NCBI GenBank assembly: GCA_015200345.1
Contig: CP054187.1
Coordinates: 416,470-480,469 of the forward strand
Length of the DNA stretch: 64,000 nucleotides
Reading direction: 5' to 3'
Source: Planctomycetia bacterium
GTDB lineage: Bacteria; Planctomycetota; Phycisphaerae; UBA1845; UTPLA1
Each line of letters begins with the position of its first letter. Within the stretch, counting starts at the first letter, position 1. Shown piece by piece: positions 20,161-28,364 of the stretch. Both the position numbers and the translations under genes were made by a program. Below the pieces are notes generated by a model. The model made no database searches and was not told the origin of the DNA. It saw only the letters and a list, made by a program, of their open reading frames with translations.

Positions 20161-20862
20161 GTGCTACCCTCCTTTCGACCGCGTCATGATCGGCGGTCAG
20201 TGTCCGTTATTGTTTTTGTCGGCAATCACCGACGGCCGCCCTGCACGGCCAGTCTCCACTCAAACCGAGACCTGCGCTCTAGCTGTCGCTCGCGCACAAA
20301 ACCCTCGCGCACAAACACGACCTCTTCGCATCCTGCGAAATGCACGAGAGAGGATGAGCGACATGTAGCGCCGTCCTGTCCGTAAATCTGCTCTCTACTT
20401 CATTTCACACCTTTGAAGCCCAAGATGTTTGCTCAACCTGCATCCGGCAGCACAAAACGATTAACAGCACCGGCCGGCTGCTCGTGTGTTACCTGCTACT
20501 CGATCACCCGGCAGGGGATGTGTAGAGCAACGCCTGCCCGGCTTCACGAATCGCGCAATTTCAAAAATACCACGCCGCGGGAGTCGAGCTCAAGAATCGG
20601 ACCTTCGCTACTCGCCTCCGCAATCACCAAGAAGATGATCTCGAACGGAGGCGTGCAAGAATGCAGGTACAACGATAGGGAACATAACACAATGTCAATT
20701 TAAAAGTCAATAGTTTCTGGTATAAAATATTTTCTTCGAACGTATCAATCTGCTCAAAGCGCAGCCTTCATGCCTAACTATCTGATTTAACACTATTTGC
20801 GAAAATCCATAGGGAATTCTCCCCACGCAATCCGAACCTTAACATCGCTCCGTCATGGCTCC

Positions 20863-21456
20863 TCACGGCTGCACAAACAAATCATCAACTGCAAGCACCA
20901 CCAAGCCCTCACCGTTGTTCTGTATAACTCGACCGGTGACAAGGACTTCCGCAAGCGGCCGCAAACGGCCTGCGCCATCGAGACTGATGTGAAGCGGCTT
21001 GCGCTCCGGCCCGAGCACCTGTGCCGTCAGGGAGTGTGCCGCAATCCGATCCGAAGGCTCGCAGCAGTAGTCCCACGGCGTCGGGCACTTGTCTTCGGGA
21101 TTCGCGTTGCACGGCGGCAGGCTCATGTCGGTCAGCGTGAACATCGCGCGGCCCTCGACAAACGGCGACTTGCTCCCGCCGATGCGGCCGCGCACGACGA
21201 TCTTGTCACCGATTTTCGCAGTGCGCTTCACTTCCAGCACGCTCTTCGCGCCGGCCGGCGCGGTGTTGAGGAAGAAACCAGGCGGGAGTGCATCGGCCGC
21301 GCCGTTGGAAGCGTTGGGCTTGGCCTCCTCGTTCGCCCCGCGGTCGCAGGCGCCGGCAATGAGCGCGCAGAGGACGCCGATGCACGCATGTGTGCCGACG
21401 CGGCGCGTTCGGAAAAACCGATTCACACTCATCGGACTCATTCGCCGAATCACCAT
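20863..21456 (-). CDS. Cys-containing lipoprotein, last gene of the ABC exporter operon (hypothetical)
   Basis: Lipobox LIAGAC. Mature part has an OB-like block (GDKIVVRGRIGGSKSPFVEGRAMFTL) and a Cys cluster PPCNANPEDKCPTPWDYCCEP. AAGGAG lies about 10 nt upstream of ATG 21456. The listed start at 21534 overlaps the upstream permease. Confidence 0.55.
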   Translation of the reverse strand: MVIRRMSPMSVNRFFRTRRVGTHACIGVLCALIAGACDRGANEEAKPNASNGAADALPPGFFLNTAPAGAKSVLEVKRTAKIGDKIVVRGRIGGSKSPFVEGRAMFTLTDMSLPPCNANPEDKCPTPWDYCCEPSDRIAAHSLTAQVLGPERKPLHISLDGAGRLRPLAEVLVTGRVIQNNGEGLVVLAVDDLFVQP

Positions 21457-21491
21457 CACGCACTCACTCCTTGTTGATTCAAGCCTCCTGC

Positions 21492-22658
21492 TCACGCTGC
21501 CTTCAAGGCCTCGCCGATTGTCGGCCGCAGGCATCGCCAGCCCGGCGGCAACGCGCCGAACAATCCAAGCAGCAGCGCCGCACCGATGCCCAGCGCGAGC
21601 GTCGGCCCGTCAATCGCCAGCGCGAACACTCCCATCGAGAAACGCACCGCCAAGCCGTCCAGCCAAAGCACGGCTGCGAGCGATGCGACCAGCGCACCGG
21701 CGCAGGTCAGTACCTGCGATTCCTGAATCAGGCTCAACAAGATCGCGCGGCGCGAGAAGCCCAGCGTTTGCAACGTCGCCAGCTCGCGCACGCGCGAGGC
21801 GAACGCCGCGTAGAGCGTGTTCAACCCGCCGAAGAGGCCGCCCAGCGCGATCAGCGCCGCGGTCGCCCATACCACCATGCGGATCGGTCTGAAGAAATCC
21901 GTCAATTTTTCGTAATAGTCCGATTCGCGAATCGCCACCAGTTCCAGGTCCAGTCGCTGCTTGCAGAACGCATCGACATCCGCGAACTCTGCGTCGCCCA
22001 GCGTCAGCACGACGCAGGAGTAACCCGTCCGCTTCATCATGATCTGAATGTCCGACAGCGGGCACCACAGCTCCGATTCAATCACACTGCCCGGCGCCGC
22101 GAAGCGGCCGACGACCTTCCATTCGCGACCATCCACCCAAATCGATCCGCCGGGCGCGAGCGACGCATTGGACAGCCCTAGACGCACCGCCGCATGGCGA
22201 CCGGCGAGCAACTCGCGGTTCCCTGCGCGCGGAAAGCGCCCTTCCACGATGCGCACCTGTCGATGCACCAGCAGCGCGGCCGGCGTGACACCACGAATCA
22301 GCGCCGACCGCGTTTCCTGTGCATCCGCTCGTTCGCGAATCTCCACCTGCACATGCGATTCTTCAGAGACATACGCCTGGCCCAGGTCCGAGCGAATCCC
22401 GCTGATCGCAGCCGCGACAATGCCCGGCACCGCGGCGTCGACCTCGCTTCGCTCAATGCTCTCCTCGCTCCCTGCGCCAAGCAAAATGACGTTGTCCGGC
22501 TGCCCTGTCACCGATAGCCCGCGAATCATGCCGCGTACGAAGCCCCCTGCGCACAGAATTAGCAGCACCACGAGCGCGCTGCCGACCAGCCCGGCGGCGC
22601 ACCGCTGCGGCGAACGCCCCAGGTTTCGCACGGCATATTCAAATGGAATGCGTCGCAT
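21492..22658 (-). CDS. ABC transporter permease, FtsX/MacB-type
   Basis: 388 aa. N-terminal TM (FEYAVRNLGRSPQRCAAGLVGSALVVLLIL), a large periplasmic domain, and a C-terminal 3-TM FtsX block (LATLQTLGFSRRAILLSLIQES). Confidence 0.8.
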   Translation of the reverse strand: MRRIPFEYAVRNLGRSPQRCAAGLVGSALVVLLILCAGGFVRGMIRGLSVTGQPDNVILLGAGSEESIERSEVDAAVPGIVAAAISGIRSDLGQAYVSEESHVQVEIRERADAQETRSALIRGVTPAALLVHRQVRIVEGRFPRAGNRELLAGRHAAVRLGLSNASLAPGGSIWVDGREWKVVGRFAAPGSVIESELWCPLSDIQIMMKRTGYSCVVLTLGDAEFADVDAFCKQRLDLELVAIRESDYYEKLTDFFRPIRMVVWATAALIALGGLFGGLNTLYAAFASRVRELATLQTLGFSRRAILLSLIQESQVLTCAGALVASLAAVLWLDGLAVRFSMGVFALAIDGPTLALGIGAALLLGLFGALPPGWRCLRPTIGEALKAA

Positions 22659-22670
22659 CAGCGCTTGTCC

Positions 22671-23825
22671 TCAAACGGTTCGAAAGCACGTTGCAATTTC
22701 CCGGCGGGAGACTTCCCACGCGGGAACCAGCCCCGCGATGATTCCCACGACCGCGCTCAACGCCGCGCCCTGTGCAAAGAGCGACAACCCCGCGCGGATG
22801 GGAATGCTGACACCCTCCACCGAGATGCTGTATTGCCCCCACGCCAACCACAGCACCACCACGCTGCACCCGGCCACTCCGCCAATCATGCTTAGCAGCA
22901 AGCCCTCGGTAACAACCCATCGAGCCAGCAGCCCGCCATCGAATCCCAGCGTCTGTAGCACTGCGTGCTCCGTGACGCGCTGACGCACCGCGAGGAACAC
23001 CGCGTTGCTCACCAGGGCCATCACGGCTGCCAGCGCCGCCCAGCCAAGCCAGCGCGTGAAGCCCGCGATCTCGACGATGTCCTTCGCCGCTCCGGCCACG
23101 AACGATTGCGCCGACTGCGTGAAAGTCGGATCGGCGTCCTTGGCGAACTCCTTGTCAATGGCCGCCGCGACGGAATCCGGCGGCACACCCGGTCGCGTGA
23201 GAATATCAAATTGTGTTACATATCCGCCCTGCCGCCCGCCGGTCGCGTATTGGATAAAACTCAAGTGCGCGTAGGCGACGTTTTCGTGCTGGGCTTCGTC
23301 CGATGCGATGATGCCCGCGACATAGACCGTGATCCCCGCCGCGTCGAAGCGGTCCCCCACCTTCAAGCGTCGGCGATTTGCAAGCGTCTCGCCGAGGAGC
23401 ACGGCGTCACTACGCCGTCGCCAGTCTTCGAGCGAGCCGGCGACGAATCGAATCTGGCCTGCATAGTCGGCCGCGAAAGCATCTTCCGGCACGCCTCGAA
23501 ACGTCACCACGTCCAGCGCCGTGCGGCAATTGTTCACCACCACCCGCACCGGCACCACCGACGCGACCCCCGGAACCGCGCGCAGCCGATCCAGGTACGA
23601 CTGCGGCAGTCGACTTGTCGCCGGGCAGTAGCGGTCCTTGCGATAGACGATCAGGCGAGAATCGTCGCTCGACGCGCGCGTTGCCTCCTCGACACCCGCC
23701 TGCATCGCGCGCACGCCGCCGAAGAAAACCATCATCAGCGCAACGCCGGCGATCGTCAGGCCGCTGCGCGTCTTCTGGCGAAGCGCCTGCTTGAGAATGA
23801 CCGGCCAGAACTTCGGTGCGACCAT
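22671..23825 (-). CDS. ABC transporter permease, FtsX/MacB-type
   Basis: 384 aa with the same architecture (ILKQALRQKTRSGLTIAGVALMMVFF...; HAVLQTLGFDGGLLARWVVTEG). Confidence 0.8.
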   Translation of the reverse strand: MVAPKFWPVILKQALRQKTRSGLTIAGVALMMVFFGGVRAMQAGVEEATRASSDDSRLIVYRKDRYCPATSRLPQSYLDRLRAVPGVASVVPVRVVVNNCRTALDVVTFRGVPEDAFAADYAGQIRFVAGSLEDWRRRSDAVLLGETLANRRRLKVGDRFDAAGITVYVAGIIASDEAQHENVAYAHLSFIQYATGGRQGGYVTQFDILTRPGVPPDSVAAAIDKEFAKDADPTFTQSAQSFVAGAAKDIVEIAGFTRWLGWAALAAVMALVSNAVFLAVRQRVTEHAVLQTLGFDGGLLARWVVTEGLLLSMIGGVAGCSVVVLWLAWGQYSISVEGVSIPIRAGLSLFAQGAALSAVVGIIAGLVPAWEVSRREIATCFRTV

Positions 23826-23828
23826 GTT

Positions 23829-24533
23829 TTATGCCTCCACTCCCGCAAGGCGAGGCTGCTCCGTCTCGACCAGCGCGCCCTTCTCCAGATGCAGCGTGCG
23901 CGAGGCGTGTTCGGCCGTGTGTGGATCGTGCGTCACCATGATGAGCGTCTTGCCTAGTTCGCGATTGAGCCGCTTGAGCAACGCGATCACCGCCTGGGCC
24001 GCGCTCGCGTCGAGATCGCCGGTCGGTTCGTCGGCGACGAGAATGCGCGGGTCGGTGACGATGGCGCGGGCGATGGCGACACGCTGCTCCTGCCCGCCAC
24101 TCAACTGCCGCGGGAAGTGATCGTAACGATCCGCAAGCCCCACCAGATCCAACGCGAGCGTGACTTTCTGATGCCGAACCTCTCGCGAGTAATCGTGCAA
24201 CAGCAGCGGCAGTTCGACGTTCTCGTACGCCGTGAGTGTTGGAATCAGGTTGTACAACTGAAAGATGTAACCGATGTATTCCGACCGCCAGCGGGCCAGC
24301 TCCGAACGCGACCTTGCTCCGACATCGACCCCGTCGATCACCAATCGCCCGGACGTCGGCCGGTCTATCCCGGCGATCAGATTCAGGAGCGTCGTCTTGC
24401 CGCTGCCCGACGGCCCCATCAGCGCGAGAAACTCCCCCGCCTCCACCATGAGGTCGAGATTGGACAGCGGCGTGATTTCCATCTCACCCTTGCGATACGA
24501 CTTGGTCAGGCGATGGCATTCGATCAAAGGCAT
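23829..24533 (-). CDS. ABC transporter ATP-binding protein (MacB/LolD-like)
   Basis: Walker A GPSGSGKTT, signature LSGGQEQRVAIARA, Walker B ILVADEPTGDLD. The start is set at ATG 24533 (MPLIECHRLTKSY). The listed upstream extension overlaps the HlyD gene. Confidence 0.9.
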   Translation of the reverse strand: MPLIECHRLTKSYRKGEMEITPLSNLDLMVEAGEFLALMGPSGSGKTTLLNLIAGIDRPTSGRLVIDGVDVGARSRSELARWRSEYIGYIFQLYNLIPTLTAYENVELPLLLHDYSREVRHQKVTLALDLVGLADRYDHFPRQLSGGQEQRVAIARAIVTDPRILVADEPTGDLDASAAQAVIALLKRLNRELGKTLIMVTHDPHTAEHASRTLHLEKGALVETEQPRLAGVEA

Positions 24534-24558
24534 CTTCGAGTCCTTGAATAGAATTCCT

Positions 24559-26127
24559 CTACTGCTTCGAACGTGTGTCCCCCGTCGCGCGAATTCGCGC
24601 CCCATCGCGCAGCGAAGCCGGCGGGTCCACGATGAGCGAGTCCCCCGGTTGAAGGCCTTCCGCGACCTGAACCCATCCATCCTGTTTGGCCGTCCCGAGC
24701 TTGATCGCGCGGCGCTGCGCCCGGCGCGCCGAGGAATCGACCAGCCAAACGTAGGGGTTGCCGCCGTCATCGCGACGGATCACCGCCTCGGGCGCGAAAA
24801 CGCTCAAGTCACTGCTCGCACCGGTCGCGGAATCGGTCGAGAGAAACCGCACGCGCGCGAGCATCTCGGGTTTGAGTTCCGCCGCGGGATCGGTAATCGC
24901 CACCTTGACCTGCAACGTGTTCTTCTGAATGTCCGCCTCATGCAAAACGCGCGTCACCCGCCCCCGAAAGACCCGGTCCGGCAGAACATTCACCACGACT
25001 TCCGCGTCCTGACCGATGCTGACCTGCGCCGCTTCTGCAAGCGGCACGTCCACGCGCACCTGCAATCTCCCGGGGTCATAGAGCCGCACCACGTGCGACG
25101 ACATCGGATTGTCCGTCGCCTGCATGACTTTCGACCCCGGCTCCACCAGTCGCGTCATCACAACACCCGCCACGGACGACCGAACCTCCATCCGTTCCAA
25201 CCGCAAGCGGGCCTCATCTCTCGCCGCGCGCGCGCGATCAACCGCCGCGTGTGCCGACGCCACGGCCGCACGGGCCTCATCCAGCGCTCGCTTCTCCGGG
25301 ATGCGCAGCCGGAGATTCTCCTTCGCCGCCGCCAGCTCCGCGCGCGCCGCATCGAGCTGCGCCTGAAGGATCGGCCGCCTCGCCTCGATCGAAGCGACGG
25401 TCGCCCGTTGCGATTCGCACCGCTGCGTCGCGCGGATGAACTCGATCTCGCTCGCCTGCTTATCCGCGTGCAGCCGCTCGATTCGAGCGCATTCGGCCCC
25501 CAGCTCGGCCGCGACGGCCTGCGCTGCCGCCAGTTCCGACGGCCACCGATGCAATTCCGCCTCGCGCTCGGCCAACGCCGCTTCGGCCGACGCCACGCGC
25601 CGCGTCAGCTCCACCGGGTTGTCCCACTCGCGCTGCGCCGCTTCAAGCGTTGCCTCGGCGAACCTCAACGCCGACTCGCGCTCCGCCAGCTCCGCGGCGG
25701 CCTTTTCCAGCCCGATTCGCGCGTCGTCGGGAATGAGCCGTGCAACCACATCGCCCGCCTTGATCCGCGCGCCTTCCAGCGCCAGCACTTCCGCGACCAC
25801 GCCATCCGCCAGCGCCGACACCACCGTCGGATATGGATCGGCCTCGACCCAACCGGGCGCCTGCACCGTCGCCGCAGCCGTGCCGCCGACGCCCGACTTG
25901 GCAACGACCTTCACGATTCGCACATCGGTGGCGGGCCACAGCGCATCGGCTGATACATAGACAAATAGTACGAATGCAAGGCTGACGATCCCGCCGGGTA
26001 TGCCCCAGCGCGTCACCCATCGCGGGCGGGGCCTTGCGATTCCGCTCGTCGGCGCGGCTGCGTCGCCGGTTGAAGCAGCACCGCGCGGCCGAGCGAGCGC
26101 CGTCAGATCAGTCGTGGGAGGAGTCAT
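24559..26127 (-). CDS. HlyD-family periplasmic adaptor (membrane fusion protein)
   Basis: N-terminal TM helix, lipoyl-like hairpin (GVVAEVLALEGARIKAGDVVARL), a long Ala/Glu-rich coiled coil, and beta-barrel blocks (VRSSVAGVVMTRLVEPGSKV, LQPGDSLIVDP). Confidence 0.85.
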   Translation of the reverse strand: MTPPTTDLTALARPRGAASTGDAAAPTSGIARPRPRWVTRWGIPGGIVSLAFVLFVYVSADALWPATDVRIVKVVAKSGVGGTAAATVQAPGWVEADPYPTVVSALADGVVAEVLALEGARIKAGDVVARLIPDDARIGLEKAAAELAERESALRFAEATLEAAQREWDNPVELTRRVASAEAALAEREAELHRWPSELAAAQAVAAELGAECARIERLHADKQASEIEFIRATQRCESQRATVASIEARRPILQAQLDAARAELAAAKENLRLRIPEKRALDEARAAVASAHAAVDRARAARDEARLRLERMEVRSSVAGVVMTRLVEPGSKVMQATDNPMSSHVVRLYDPGRLQVRVDVPLAEAAQVSIGQDAEVVVNVLPDRVFRGRVTRVLHEADIQKNTLQVKVAITDPAAELKPEMLARVRFLSTDSATGASSDLSVFAPEAVIRRDDGGNPYVWLVDSSARRAQRRAIKLGTAKQDGWVQVAEGLQPGDSLIVDPPASLRDGARIRATGDTRSKQ

Positions 26128-26265
26128 GAGTTATCCGCTCTGCCATCGAGACCATGATGGAACGATTTCACACGGTTGCGCAGCCAGAAAGGGTTGCAAC
26201 CATTTCGCGCGGACGCACTTCAATGTGGTCACGCGGCGTCGATCAACGAGAATAAAACGTGTGAA

Positions 26266-26670
26266 TCAGGCTCGAGGCGGGTGGAAGACGTCGGCGAGCG
26301 AGCGGTCGTTGGAAGTAATTTGTCCGACATGGAGGATTCCGCAGCATGCGACGGGCTGCGCAGAGCCGGCCTTCGGCGAAAGACCCATGACAACTTTCGC
26401 ACAGCAGTTGGCGGTGCAATGCGTGCATCGCTCCGGAGCAGGCGCCGGGGCATCCGGCGAGCCGCTGGTCGAGTCGTCGGCCGTCGCGCTGATGGCGGAT
26501 GGAGTGTCTGCGGCGATCAACGGCAGGTCGCATGAGACGCAGCATTCGGCGATCTTGCCATCGTCCGCGACGCGCACCGTTTCTTCGCAGCAACGCTCCG
26601 CCACGCGCGGCAGCAGCACGGAGGCTGCCAGCAGGAACGCAAACGGAATTTGAAGCTGCCCGGAGTTCAT
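26266..26670 (-). CDS. Secreted cysteine-rich protein (11 Cys, four CC doublets), hypothetical
   Basis: Start at ATG 26670 gives signal peptide MNSGQLQIPFAFLLAASVLLP. The mature part carries ERCCEE, AECCVSC, ERCTHCTANCC and VACC. It sits 138 nt upstream of the HlyD gene on the same strand. Confidence 0.5.
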   Translation of the reverse strand: MNSGQLQIPFAFLLAASVLLPRVAERCCEETVRVADDGKIAECCVSCDLPLIAADTPSAISATADDSTSGSPDAPAPAPERCTHCTANCCAKVVMGLSPKAGSAQPVACCGILHVGQITSNDRSLADVFHPPRA

Positions 26671-26933
26671 GCGACACGCGACCAACGAATCACTCTTCGG
26701 CGGCAGAAAGAGCCGCCCGGCACGACTCAATATCGTAGCATACTTCGAATCGGCCCTGTATCGATTTCAGGTTTCGTTTTGCGCCCCCTTTACATTCGAT
26801 TCGCCGCAAGCTACGGCCAATCTGGCCCAAGACTGCATTGATTCATCCCCCGTTCATTCATAGAATGGCGACCGATAAACCAAGGCGGGCGGCTCTGCCC
26901 GCGGGAAAGCCTAGCAGCGAAGGGATTCCAACC

Positions 26934-28172
26934 ATGACGGCGACGATGACGGCCAGCAAGACAGACGAGCATCTCAAGATCGCAGACCAGTACGGCGCGC
27001 ACAACTACCACCCTCTGCCGGTCGTCATCGAATCGGCCAAGGGCGTTTGGGTGACGGACGTCGATGGAAAGAAATACCTAGACATGCTCGCGGCCTACTC
27101 GGCGCTGAATTTCGGCTATTCGCACCCCAAGCTGATCGAGACCGCCAAACGTCAGCTCGACAAGGTCACGCTGACGTCGCGCGCCTTCCACAACGACCAG
27201 CTCGGCCCTTTCTGCAAGGAACTCTGCGATCTGACCGGCTATGAAAGCGTCCTGCCGATGAACAGCGGCGCCGAGGCCGTCGAAACCGCCATCAAGTGCG
27301 CCCGCAAATGGGGCCACACGCAAAAAGGCATCGAGGCTGACAAGGCCGAGATCATCGTCGCGCGGGACAATTTCCACGGCCGGACGACGACGATTGTCAG
27401 CTTCAGCACCGATGCGCAGTACCGGCACGGTTTCGGCCCGTTCACGCCCGGCTTCGTGCTCGTTCCCTTTGACGATGCCGCGGCACTGGAGAAGGCCATC
27501 ACCAAGAACACCGCCGCGTTCCTCGTCGAGCCGATCCAGGCCGAGAGCGGCATCCGAGTGCCGAGCGATGGCTACCTCAAGAAAGTGCGCGAGATCTGCA
27601 CGAAGCACAACGTCCTGTTCATCGCCGACGAGATTCAAACCGGAATGTGCCGCACCGGCGACCGCTTCGCCTGGCAGCACGAAGGCCCGGCGGCCCGCCC
27701 CGACATGATGTGCCTGGGCAAAGCGCTGGGCGGCGGCATTCTGCCGATCTCGGCAATCGTCACGTCGAAGAAAATCATGAGCGTCTTCACGCCCGGCGAC
27801 CACGGCTCGACCTTCGGCGGCAACCCGTTCGCCTGCGCCGTCGCGCGCACCGCGATGGAGCTGATCCGCACCGAGGGATTGGAGAAACGCTCGAAGGAAC
27901 TCGGCGAGTATTTCCGCAACAAGCTCAAGGCCGTCAACGCCCCGGCCGTGCAGGAGGTGCGCGGGCGCGGCCTGCTGATCGGCGTGCAAATCAAGTCGAA
28001 TTATCCCAAGGCGCGGTGGTTCTGCGAGCGGTTCATGGAGCAGGGCATTCTCTGCAAGGACGCGCACGACGACGTGATCCGCTTCGCCCCGCCGCTGGTC
28101 ATCGAGCAGAAGGAAATCGACTGGGCGATGGAACGCATCGGCCCGGCCCTGCTAAGCGCCAAGCCGGTGTAA
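26934..28172 (+). CDS. rocD: Ornithine--oxo-acid aminotransferase (class III PLP)
   Basis: YGAHNYHPLPVVIESAKGVWVTDVDGKKYLDMLAAYSALNFGYSHP, NSGAEAVE, DNFHGRT, ADEIQTG, GKALGGG, STFGGNP are OAT/RocD-like blocks. The start is set at ATG 26934. Confidence 0.8.
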   Translation: MTATMTASKTDEHLKIADQYGAHNYHPLPVVIESAKGVWVTDVDGKKYLDMLAAYSALNFGYSHPKLIETAKRQLDKVTLTSRAFHNDQLGPFCKELCDLTGYESVLPMNSGAEAVETAIKCARKWGHTQKGIEADKAEIIVARDNFHGRTTTIVSFSTDAQYRHGFGPFTPGFVLVPFDDAAALEKAITKNTAAFLVEPIQAESGIRVPSDGYLKKVREICTKHNVLFIADEIQTGMCRTGDRFAWQHEGPAARPDMMCLGKALGGGILPISAIVTSKKIMSVFTPGDHGSTFGGNPFACAVARTAMELIRTEGLEKRSKELGEYFRNKLKAVNAPAVQEVRGRGLLIGVQIKSNYPKARWFCERFMEQGILCKDAHDDVIRFAPPLVIEQKEIDWAMERIGPALLSAKPV

Positions 28173-28204
28173 GCTCGCAACCATATACCAAGATTCATCG
28201 AATC

Positions 28205-28241
28205 ACGCCCACGCGATTAACTGGTCGCCTGGGCGTTTTTT
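28205..28241 (+). terminator. Rho-independent terminator candidate after rocD
   Basis: ACGCCCA-(18 nt)-TGGGCGT followed by TTTTT. Confidence 0.55.
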
Positions 28242-28364
28242 CTTGCGACCGGCAGACTCTTGACAGGTATGCTATCATTGTTGAATGCCCGGTCGGTTGA
28301 ACGACACCGTCGGCCTTTTACACTTCCAGCGGACGTCCCGCCTTCTCATCGAACGGAGTCAGCC

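Noticed and set aside
24274-25953. 559-aa ORF on the plus strand
   Set aside because: It is antisense to the ABC ATPase and HlyD genes. It is Arg-rich and lacks motifs.
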